Below, one piece after another: positions 41,165-48,275 of a DNA stretch of 64,000 nucleotides; within the stretch, counting starts at the first letter, position 1; each line of letters starts with the position of its first letter. Made by a program: the position numbers and the translations under genes. Below the pieces are notes generated by a model, which did no database searches, was not told the DNA's origin, and saw only the letters and a program-made list of their open reading frames with translations. Origin of the DNA: a virus; the IMG/VR virus record IMGVR_UViG_3300045988_134806, positions 535 to 64,534 of that record; one strand, given 5' to 3'.

Positions 41165-41446
41165 TTATGTGAAATTATTTAATCGCAGGATTGTGTCTGC
41201 GTACTGCGTGGCCTCTATGAGAAGGCGAAAGTGTATGTGCTTTGATTCACTAGGTCTCTTGGCGTAAATACAAACCGTGTAAGGTTTCTTTCTGCCTTCC
41301 CAGTTGGCCATGACACCTTGGTAGTGATACTTGAAGATGTCAACGACGCACTTTTTGATGTCCTCCCTGCGCCATGTAGCCTCCAAGAGAATGCAATCTC
41401 GAGGGTCTCCGCCCTTTGCCGCTTTTCGTATCCATTTATGCGGCAT
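41165..41446 (-). CDS. small protein, paralogue family B
   Basis: C-terminus ATQYADTILRLNNFT. Confidence 0.55.
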   Translation of the reverse strand: MPHKWIRKAAKGGDPRDCILLEATWRREDIKKCVVDIFKYHYQGVMANWEGRKKPYTVCIYAKRPSESKHIHFRLLIEATQYADTILRLNNFT

Positions 41447-42098
41447 GCTTCAGCCTCTGAACTGTTATCCACTCCAAGAAGTTTTCAGGGACGTTTCGGA
41501 TCGCTTCCTCCTTCGTGGCGAACCCGCCGTCCACCCACACACCCTTAAAACGTTTGTACTTCTGCAAATTCTCGTTATAAACTTGGTAACGAAGCCCTGA
41601 AGCGTAACTTCGGTAGGCCTGAATCTTGACGTCTCCTGCTAATTCCTCCACGGTCAAGCCTGCTGCAAACTTATTTGGACCGACACGCAGGATCTCCATT
41701 TTGTTCCATGTGTCCGGCTCAAACGGATCGCCTTGTCCTACATATTCGTCTGCACCGTCCGAGCTTTCCTTTGTATTGAACCACCAGCGAGGCAAAAGCT
41801 CTGTGGCCCGCTCGCCGTAAATACTGCCGAACATACGCATCTGCCTTGCAGTAGTGGCCGAATACCACCCAAACGGAACATCAACCATTGTTAAGTTAGG
41901 GTTGTAGAAATTGAAAATGATTTCCACGATAGTGGAGTAAGACTGGAGAGCTATGTGTCCGCGTTCAGTTCTTAAGACACAGCAGTTTCCGCGGTAATCC
42001 TTCTTGAGGTGCTGAGCATCGACAACATAATCAATCGCAGAGCTTCCGTCCCACTTAAGAACAACTCTAGTAAGAGGCCTCGTTAAAAATTTTCTCAT
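41436..42098 (-). CDS. hypothetical protein
   Basis: 220-aa ORF between families C and B. No motif recognised. Confidence 0.6.
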   Translation of the reverse strand: MRKFLTRPLTRVVLKWDGSSAIDYVVDAQHLKKDYRGNCCVLRTERGHIALQSYSTIVEIIFNFYNPNLTMVDVPFGWYSATTARQMRMFGSIYGERATELLPRWWFNTKESSDGADEYVGQGDPFEPDTWNKMEILRVGPNKFAAGLTVEELAGDVKIQAYRSYASGLRYQVYNENLQKYKRFKGVWVDGGFATKEEAIRNVPENFLEWITVQRLKHAA

Positions 42099-42396
42099 CC
42101 TTAATCTCCTTTAGAATTTTCCATAAGTTAAGAAGGGCATGCCCATAGGCCTCCTTCATCACTCCCTTCACACCTGATGTTTTGCTGAGGTCCCAATAGT
42201 AGTCAGGGAATTCAAACACCTCACACAACTCCGTCTCGCGCCAAAAAGCGTAGTGATCTTTATCGTAACCAGTCTCAGCAGCGGGATATTCTTCTATGAA
42301 TCCCATCTCATATTTCTTGCCGTCCTTATCGTAAAGGTAGAGGGTAGTGTAACCTTGCCATGAGCGCTCCCATTTAAGCTTGATTTCCTTGTTCAC
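42067..42396 (-). CDS. small protein, paralogue family C (LLNLWK C-terminal motif)
   Basis: KLKWERSW... N-terminus; C-terminus AYGHALLNLWKILKEIKDEK. Confidence 0.6.
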   Translation of the reverse strand: MNKEIKLKWERSWQGYTTLYLYDKDGKKYEMGFIEEYPAAETGYDKDHYAFWRETELCEVFEFPDYYWDLSKTSGVKGVMKEAYGHALLNLWKILKEIKDEKIFNEASY

Positions 42397-42694
42397 CTTC
42401 GATCTCCTTTAGCCTCCGAACAATTCTCCACAGATTGGTGATGATGTACGCATTCATTTTCTTTTGGTAAGGTTCAAGGGGTGCGTTTGCTTTCAGCATA
42501 AAAAAGCCATCGTCCATGAAATTGAACAGCTCGTTTCTCCAAATAATCTCCCAATGGAACCGTTGTCCTTTCTTGGAAAAGAATTTTCCTGCGGAGCCCA
42601 GCAAGTATTCCTTGCCTTCAAACTTAAGAACGATCCTTAGACATTCAACCTCGCTGATGCTGAAATCACGGCGCCACTCGATAACGTCCTTCAT
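42374..42694 (-). CDS. small protein, paralogue family C
   Basis: VIEWRRDF... N-terminus; C-terminus NAYIITNLWRIVRRLKEIEGE. Confidence 0.6.
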   Translation of the reverse strand: MKDVIEWRRDFSISEVECLRIVLKFEGKEYLLGSAGKFFSKKGQRFHWEIIWRNELFNFMDDGFFMLKANAPLEPYQKKMNAYIITNLWRIVRRLKEIEGEQGNQA

Positions 42695-42992
42695 ACGCTC
42701 TTAACTCCTTAATAAGTTTCCAGAGGTTCAAAAGAACACGCCCCTCCAGCCTCTTTTTGCACACTTCAAAGGGTTCGTCGTTTTCCTGTGCGACATAAGT
42801 TTTTAGCGCCCACGCGGCCGGTAGCGTCAAACCTTCGTTCCAGAAGTAATCAGGCTCATCAAGTCCAATAGCTTCCACTTCTGCGAAAAAATACTTTTCA
42901 TCTTCGTAGTTCAAGTACACTTTGTATGCTTCAATAGCAGGGGGCTTGGGGTTTTCAACTTTTACCCATTCAATAAGGTCTGCCACAGCCAT
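42666..42992 (-). CDS. small protein, paralogue family C
   Basis: LIEWVKVE... N-terminus; C-terminus LEGRVLLNLWKLIKELRAYEG. Confidence 0.6.
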   Translation of the reverse strand: MAVADLIEWVKVENPKPPAIEAYKVYLNYEDEKYFFAEVEAIGLDEPDYFWNEGLTLPAAWALKTYVAQENDEPFEVCKKRLEGRVLLNLWKLIKELRAYEGRYRVAP

Positions 42993-43296
42993 CCTCCTTT
43001 GCTGTCTTCAGCACTTTCCACAGGTTGAGTAAGACGGCGCGCTTTACGTTTTCCTTTATTTCCTGAAGATAGTCAAACTTCCAGCCGAGATCTCCGCCAA
43101 TTGTGTCAACCTCTTCGTACTCTTCGCAGACCCATCTGAGATACCAGTATCCCTTGCGGTCGTACTTGGCGGCCGTACAAAGCGGATACTCAACGCCCTC
43201 ATACCTCAGCCAACCGCCACGCCTACGCGCTATTCGCGTCCCGTTCTGTCTGAGCAGGTCATCTTCCTTCCAAACGATCTTCACCTTGTCCGGCAT
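42970..43296 (-). CDS. small protein, paralogue family C
   Basis: KIVWKEDD... N-terminus; C-terminus VKRAVLLNLWKVLKTAKEDG. Confidence 0.6.
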   Translation of the reverse strand: MPDKVKIVWKEDDLLRQNGTRIARRRGGWLRYEGVEYPLCTAAKYDRKGYWYLRWVCEEYEEVDTIGGDLGWKFDYLQEIKENVKRAVLLNLWKVLKTAKEDGCGRPY

Positions 43297-43610
43297 GATG
43301 TCTCCTTATGCCCGAAGTCTTTCACAAGCGGAGCGAACTTCCACAGGTATAAAAACACAAAGCTCTCAATCTTTTTCTTTTCGTCCTCTAAGGTAGGGAC
43401 AGCTTCCTGAATAAGAAACGGGCGAAAGTTCTCAGCCTCGAACAGGTCATAGACAGCATCACTAATCCAAAAGAGCCAAGGGGCATCGGAATCCTCGGTA
43501 GTCATACGCGCGGCTCTCCCTAAAAAGAGCCCTTTGCCGTTCATACACAGGGTGGCATTGATGCTTCTAAAATCAACATCTGAGCTATGCCACTCAATCC
43601 TCGCTGACAT
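43281..43610 (-). CDS. small protein, paralogue family C
   Basis: RIEWHSSD... N-terminus; C-terminus IESFVFLYLWKFAPLVKDFG. Confidence 0.6.
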   Translation of the reverse strand: MSARIEWHSSDVDFRSINATLCMNGKGLFLGRAARMTTEDSDAPWLFWISDAVYDLFEAENFRPFLIQEAVPTLEDEKKKIESFVFLYLWKFAPLVKDFGHKETSCRTR

Positions 43611-43728
43611 GTTCTTCTCCTTCGTGCATCTCGAACCACTTATCCCTTATGCTTTCGGCGAAGGCATCGATGTCAACGAGACTTTTGTACCTCTCAGGTG
43701 AGAGCTTTTTCGGTTTAACGAAGTTCAT
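43594..43728 (-). CDS. possible 44-aa protein
   Basis: Internal ATG at 43728 gives MNFVKPKKLSPERYKSLVDIDAFAESIRDKWFEMHEGEEHVSED. It fills the gap between two better-supported genes. The longer track ORF (to 43881) is Arg-rich and overlaps the upstream gene. Confidence 0.3.
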   Translation of the reverse strand: MNFVKPKKLSPERYKSLVDIDAFAESIRDKWFEMHEGEEHVSED

Positions 43729-43984
43729 GGTTTTTAGCCTCCAAAGAATTGAGCACGACTTCGGCTGCCGTCCTCGCTCTGCGAAGGCTTTGGAAGCAGG
43801 TACGAAGTGCCGCATTGAGCGCAGGAACTGCCTGCGCCTTTTTCCACGTCTGCGAGTCAGAGTCCACCCTAGAGAACACATACCCGGGATAGAATCCGCC
43901 TCTATAAATCGAAATCATGTGGTTTCCAAGGGTAGCGGACCATTGCGACGATCCATGACTCACCCAAACGATTTTGCTGTGCAT
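43715..43984 (-). CDS. hypothetical protein, possibly a divergent family C member
   Basis: 89 aa. N-terminus MHSKIVWVSHGSSQW resembles the (K/R)I(V/E)W starts of family C. The C-terminal helix is not LLNLWK. Confidence 0.45.
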   Translation of the reverse strand: MHSKIVWVSHGSSQWSATLGNHMISIYRGGFYPGYVFSRVDSDSQTWKKAQAVPALNAALRTCFQSLRRARTAAEVVLNSLEAKNHELR

Positions 43985-44436
43985 GATGTCTCCTTTCGGG
44001 GTGCCACGCAGGGGCTCCCGTCCTCATAGAACAAAAGATCATTGGCTTGGCAGTGGTCGATGACTTCGTCGGTGTAATCTCGGTTGCCGATCTCCTCATT
44101 GAGCCTGTCGAATACGCCACGGATCAAGTCTTCCAAGTTGTCCAAGTCAATTTCCAAGAAAAACTTCTTTTTGACAACCCGTTCAACAATTTCCATGGCA
44201 TACACGTGCCCGATCTCATTGCCGATCTTTACGAAGTCAGTAAAACGCACAACCTGCTGAAAGTCATCCGTGAGGTCTGAGACTTCTTGGACCTTTCCCA
44301 CCACCTCTTTATAGTTGTACTCAAGCTCGTTGTATTCAAAGCCCATCAGCTCCTCAGCAATGGGCCAATACGCATTGTCACGAGCGGACTGCGTGAGCTC
44401 CGTGTACTCATACACGGGAATTGTTACTTGCTTCAT
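43960..44436 (-). CDS. hypothetical acidic protein
   Basis: 158-aa Glu/Asp/Tyr-rich ORF. No motif recognised. Confidence 0.6.
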   Translation of the reverse strand: MKQVTIPVYEYTELTQSARDNAYWPIAEELMGFEYNELEYNYKEVVGKVQEVSDLTDDFQQVVRFTDFVKIGNEIGHVYAMEIVERVVKKKFFLEIDLDNLEDLIRGVFDRLNEEIGNRDYTDEVIDHCQANDLLFYEDGSPCVAPRKETSCTAKSFG

Positions 44437-44445
44437 AAGGCCACC

Positions 44446-44973
44446 TTAAAACGGCATCTGGCAATCCCTAAGAACCTTTCTGTCCGGGTCGTCAATGTCT
44501 CTGAAATCAAAGAAACTTCGTGCCACGGCTTCAGGGTCTTTCACGTCATGAGCCTTGGCCCATAAGAATGTTTCCCATAAGGGTGTGCTGTTCTCGTCCA
44601 CAATCACAGGCACTCCGCCAAACTCGAAGTAAGTAAACGGCGTGGCCTGCTGCTCCTTTGTCTTTAGGCGTCGAGACGCTTTAACCGCGCTGGCTTCCGC
44701 CTTGGCAAACCATTCAAGCAAAGCCCGCATAAACTCCGAGCCTCCGTGGGTCTTAATGAAAAGAAACTGCTGCATGGTAAGCTGGTAGGTGCATGCCCTC
44801 TTGGTGGAGAGAACGCTGTTTTCCACGACTACCGTGTGCTGCTCCTCAATAACACCAGCCTGTCTTGGCACGGTATTGCCACGGATGACAGTGTATGGGG
44901 CAGAGGCTTGCGCCTGAATACGGTCTTTCATAACGGACATACTTTTCTCCTTAAGGGATGATTCCAAAGACAC
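44446..44973 (-). CDS. hypothetical protein
   Basis: 175-aa ORF. No motif recognised. Confidence 0.6.
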   Translation of the reverse strand: MSLESSLKEKSMSVMKDRIQAQASAPYTVIRGNTVPRQAGVIEEQHTVVVENSVLSTKRACTYQLTMQQFLFIKTHGGSEFMRALLEWFAKAEASAVKASRRLKTKEQQATPFTYFEFGGVPVIVDENSTPLWETFLWAKAHDVKDPEAVARSFFDFRDIDDPDRKVLRDCQMPF

Positions 44974-45058
44974 ACATCAATCCGACGATCACAAAGACAA
45001 TCGGATACACAACTGCTTCGAGCCGGTTGATAAGCTCGTCATATTCCTTATCGCTCAT
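44951..45058 (-). CDS. possible 35-aa single-pass membrane peptide
   Basis: Hand translation gives MSDKEYDELINRLEAVVYPIVFVIVGLMCVFGIIP. It fills the gap after the first early gene. Below the track cutoff. Confidence 0.35.
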   Translation of the reverse strand: MSDKEYDELINRLEAVVYPIVFVIVGLMCVFGIIP

Positions 45059-45070
45059 GGTTATGCTTCC

Positions 45071-45505
45071 TTAACACATATGTGCATCGGTGTCGAAACA
45101 GACGTAATTAGCGACTGTCTCTAACAACCTCCAAATGATTTTTTCTTTGACTTCATCAGTGGGACGGCCACATTCCAAAGAGACAGCTTCGTTTCTTGTG
45201 AGACCGAACTCGCCTTCGATTTCTTCTTCAATGTCACGGTCAAAATAGCCGTCGTAGTCTCCGAAAATGAACGAGAAGATTTCTTCTTTGTTGCAGTCCC
45301 AGAACTCCAAGAGGTCGCAGTGTTCCACGAAACCATGGGGCGCAGTCATGGGGGCGCCGTATTCAGCGATTGCCTTGAGGTCAACCATGATTTGGCTTTC
45401 GTCTTCGTCGCTCATGTCATCCCCGGGGACGTAGTGGTATCCCATTTGATTGAAAAAATTCGGTGCAAACGGGAAAGTATTGGACGCTTGATCTAATGCA
45501 AACAT
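45071..45505 (-). CDS. acidic early protein (first gene of the leftward operon)
   Basis: 144 aa with acidic runs GDDMSDEDES and DRDIEEEIEGE. Preceded by a ~0.9-kb non-coding control region. Confidence 0.6.
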   Translation of the reverse strand: MFALDQASNTFPFAPNFFNQMGYHYVPGDDMSDEDESQIMVDLKAIAEYGAPMTAPHGFVEHCDLLEFWDCNKEEIFSFIFGDYDGYFDRDIEEEIEGEFGLTRNEAVSLECGRPTDEVKEKIIWRLLETVANYVCFDTDAHMC

Positions 45506-45747
45506 AGTTAGCTCCTAAAAGAATGCGCCTACAGTGTTTCCACGGCAGGCGCGACGAAAGAAAGGACAGGCGATTAGCCTGTTAATTGATTTAAAAAGTG
45601 CCCTAAAAATATCTTTAATAATCAATCACCTACAAAGGTGCTCCGGTGGGTTATCGGAAAATGTGTATGATTATTAAAGACTTTTTAGAAAAGTAGGGGT
45701 AGTTTGAGAGCGGGGTGAGCTTAGCGGGCTTTGTGGACTATAGGTGC

Positions 45748-46023
45748 AACTATCCAAACTATCCATTTTTGGATTGTAACTAGGCAGGTGTAACCTATTG
45801 ATTTAAAAGCAACTATCCTTATTATCCCAACTATCCATGCTTTTTAGGATGGATTCAAATATAGAAAAATTTTTTCCGAAAAATGGTGTCACATTAAAAT
45901 TCTCTCGTGACGTAAAAGCTATTTCTATTGGATATTAAGGATAATAAGGATAATAAGGATAGTTATATAAAAATACAGTTGTTTACCTCACTTGGAAACA
46001 CCCGCAAACTATCCCAATTATCC
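45748..46023. repeat. iteron-like cluster of (A/T)(A/T)(C/T)TATCC repeats
   Basis: AACTATCC at 45748, 45757, 45811, 45829, 46007 and inverted at 45957. ATTATCC at 45821 and 46016. (AAGGATAAT) x3 at about 45937-45962. Inverted repeats ATCCA-TTTT-TGGAT and ATCCAT...ATGGAT. Confidence 0.6.
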
Positions 46024-46097
46024 AAAATACCCTTAGTATGGTATAGTCACTAAGCCCATAAGTACACGTAAACCCTAGGTATACGCAAAAACCTCCT

Positions 46098-46124
46098 AAA
46101 AAAGCGGGCTACTGCATAGCCCGC
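46098..46124 (-). terminator. rho-independent terminator (minus strand)
   Basis: On the minus strand, GCGGGCTA-TGCAG-TAGCCCGC is followed by TTTTTT. Confidence 0.7.
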
Positions 46125-46160
46125 CCTGGAAACTAGGCACACTTTGCCCACGAAATCCGC

Positions 46161-46247
46161 CTAACTGCGTGAATCCCATTCCTGAGAATCGAGGTAGTCC
46201 TCGATAGCTTCGATTATTTGTTCAAGGTCTTCATAATCTGCGGACAT
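46161..46247 (-). CDS. possible 28-aa acidic peptide
   Basis: MSADYEDLEQIIEAIEDYLDSQEWDSRS. AAGGGAGTG lies 5 nt upstream of the ATG. Bracketed by two minus-strand terminators. Confidence 0.3.
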   Translation of the reverse strand: MSADYEDLEQIIEAIEDYLDSQEWDSRS

Positions 46248-46342
46248 GATTTCACTCCCTTGGAGACTTGGCACCCAATGCGCCTGATGTCTCCTTTTCG
46301 AAAAAATTTTTCGAGGGCTGCGGGCCCCCGGATTTTGGGTAC

Positions 46343-46366
46343 AAAAAAGCGCCCCACTTGGGGGCG
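46343..46366 (-). terminator. rho-independent terminator (minus strand) after the 245-aa gene
   Basis: On the minus strand, GCGCCCC-AAGT-GGGGCGC is followed by TTTTTT, 17 nt after the stop at 46383. Confidence 0.75.
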
Positions 46367-46382
46367 CCGTTCACTTGGTTAC

Positions 46383-47120
46383 TTAGTTTCCATTGACCGC
46401 TTTGTTATCTGAGAAGTCCACGGGCTTGATCTTGGTATCCGCAGGAGATTCGATGATAGCCACGGGCTTCGGTGATATCTGAATCTGATGCAGGGCTATA
46501 GAGATTTTTTCGATGTCGTGGATATTCTCAGCAATGAAGGCTAGGCATTCAAGGGCCGCGCGGTCTCGGTTCGTTGTATACGCGGCTGCATAGCGTTCTT
46601 TGGCTTTTAGTAGGCGTTTTTCAAGCGTGATTGTGGACTTGATTTCCGTATTATTTGACGATTTTGTAGCAGTTTCAGCCTCGAAAAGGTATTGAGAAAT
46701 TTTGCCACTATCACAAGCGGAATCGAATTTACCGCTTTTTTTCTTGAGATCATCATAATCTACAGAGGTGTCCTCAGACGGTAGGGTGATTGTTCGACCT
46801 TCGACCTTGACGGGATACCCTGCTTTGCGTAACCCCTTAGCCAACCAAATTCTGACATTGAGAATAAGAGAATCATCGGTGAGGAGCTGAGGGATCTCTG
46901 TATCTCCAATATTTGCGAGGGTGATGGCACCCACTGATTTACGGCGGGCCTCAGAGGCCAAATCACGGAAGCGGTCAATATGGAAGCGGACCACGATAGC
47001 AACATCAGCATTGACCTTGTGGAGACCTTTGAGCCGGGTGAGGGCTGCGTTCATTTTGGCACGAGCGGGTGAAAACTTTTTAACTTTTACGGAAGCCATT
47101 GCATTAAGTTTATTTGTCAT
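46383..47120 (-). CDS. hypothetical protein, stand-alone transcription unit in the control region
   Basis: 245-aa ORF with its own terminator, flanked by repeat-rich non-coding DNA on both sides. No motif recognised. Confidence 0.65.
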   Translation of the reverse strand: MTNKLNAMASVKVKKFSPARAKMNAALTRLKGLHKVNADVAIVVRFHIDRFRDLASEARRKSVGAITLANIGDTEIPQLLTDDSLILNVRIWLAKGLRKAGYPVKVEGRTITLPSEDTSVDYDDLKKKSGKFDSACDSGKISQYLFEAETATKSSNNTEIKSTITLEKRLLKAKERYAAAYTTNRDRAALECLAFIAENIHDIEKISIALHQIQISPKPVAIIESPADTKIKPVDFSDNKAVNGN

Positions 47121-47181
47121 TTTTTAACTCCTTTTGAGTTGGTGGGTAAAAATATCTGCATACTCGACGAATACACATATA

Positions 47182-47416
47182 TTTTTAGTTTCATGCCGAT
47201 CGCTTACTGCTATTCGGGGCGGTCGGTGGGTATTGCCTTTTTAATCCACCACAAGCCTGAATCGTCACCTCAGTTAAGAGGGTAATCCTTGCTATCCTAT
47301 ATAGGGGGTGAATATTATTAAGACTGAATACCGTTGAGAGGGGTGTCTACCTCTCGGTAGTCTCGTAGCCTCATTGATTCATGGTGGGCCTCTGTTTTTA
47401 GTTTCCATATCGATCC
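47182..47416 (+). repeat. pair of direct repeats TTTTTAGTTTC(C)AT..CGATC
   Basis: tttttagtttcatgccgatcg at 47182-47202 and gtttttagtttccatatcgatcc at 47394-47416, about 210 bp apart, upstream of the packaging genes. Confidence 0.5.
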
Positions 47417-47452
47417 TCCTTATATGTCCTATATCTAAGGGATTCATGGCCC

Positions 47453-47498
47453 GGGGGAGGGGGTGGGCTAGGTGGACAAGGGGGCTGGGGGTACCGGG
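47453..47498 (+). other. G-run tract (possible G-quadruplex / packaging-site element)
   Basis: GGGGGAGGGGGTGGGCTAGGTGGACAAGGGGGCTGGGGGTACCGGG has four runs of 5 G plus several shorter runs on the plus strand. This is unique in the window. Confidence 0.5.
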
Positions 47499-47544
47499 TA
47501 TGTTTTAATAAAAGGTCATAAAGCACACCCAGTTTTCTCAGAAT

Positions 47545-47567
47545 GTGCATACATTTGACATACATTT
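47545..47567 (+). promoter_or_regulatory. tandem CATACATTT repeats (candidate operator or late-promoter element)
   Basis: GTGCATACATTTGACATACATTT has CATACATTT at 47548 and 47559 (11-bp spacing), about 80 nt upstream of the RHH gene. A related GTGCATACGTT lies at 3469-3479 upstream of the holin. Confidence 0.35.
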
Positions 47568-47635
47568 ACCGACTAACCCCGTGTCCACGAAAAACACGAG
47601 TAAAATCAAGGAATAACTTCCTCTAATCTCTAAAA

Positions 47636-47797
47636 ATGAAGAAAAAGTGCTTTTACTTGGAGGAAGAGCTTTCCGCACGTCTCAAGGATTACTGTGTCCG
47701 CTACGGGCTCAAAGAAGCCCAAGTAGTTCGGATGGCTCTTCACATATTCATCAGAAACCACGGAGAACTTCTGAAACGAGATGCCCAACGAGCTTGA
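47636..47797 (+). CDS. ribbon-helix-helix (CopG/Arc-like) protein, 53 aa
   Basis: Hand translation gives MKKKCFYLEEELSARLKDYCVRYGLKEAQVVRMALHIFIRNHGELLKRDAQRA, a beta-strand plus two helices as in RHH proteins. No obvious SD. Below the track cutoff. Confidence 0.5.
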   Translation: MKKKCFYLEEELSARLKDYCVRYGLKEAQVVRMALHIFIRNHGELLKRDAQRA

Positions 47798-48275
47798 CTT
47801 GGAAACCATCCCGTTCGTCGTGGAGGCAATGGACAATTTGGCGCTTTTAACCGACATAGCGATCGGGGATTATTCAGATGCCAAAGAGGTCTATGAGCGC
47901 TACAACCTGACGGTTAAAGACTGGGAGGTTCTCGAAAAATCCAAAGCATTCCAAGCGGCAGTGCTGCAAGTGCGCTCCGAGCTGGAAAAAGACGGACGGA
48001 TGAGTCGGTACAAGGCCCGCATGATGGCCGACGACCTGATGGACGTGGTGTACCGGGAAGCAATGGATGAGAACAACGCGCTCCCTATCGAGAAGCGGCT
48101 GGAAACCCTGAAGGTTCTGGCTCGCCTAGGTGACATGGAACCTAAGAACACTTTGGGATCTAAAGGTTCGACCGGGCCGCAGTTCTCAATTCAGATTAAT
48201 CTTCCGTCAACACCTACGAACGCAGGTAAAGTGGAAATCGTAGAAGCAAAATTAGTAGAGGCAAACAATGGCTGA
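47781..48275 (+). CDS. putative terminase small subunit
   Basis: 164-aa helical ORF immediately upstream of, and overlapping, terL. Assignment by position only. Confidence 0.5.
   Translation: MPNELDLETIPFVVEAMDNLALLTDIAIGDYSDAKEVYERYNLTVKDWEVLEKSKAFQAAVLQVRSELEKDGRMSRYKARMMADDLMDVVYREAMDENNALPIEKRLETLKVLARLGDMEPKNTLGSKGSTGPQFSIQINLPSTPTNAGKVEIVEAKLVEANNG

Noticed and set aside
47554-47616. TTGACA at 47554 and TAAAAT at 47611 as a sigma70 promoter for the packaging operon
   Set aside because: The two hexamers are about 50 nt apart and neither has a properly spaced partner. No canonical promoter can be supported from sequence alone.
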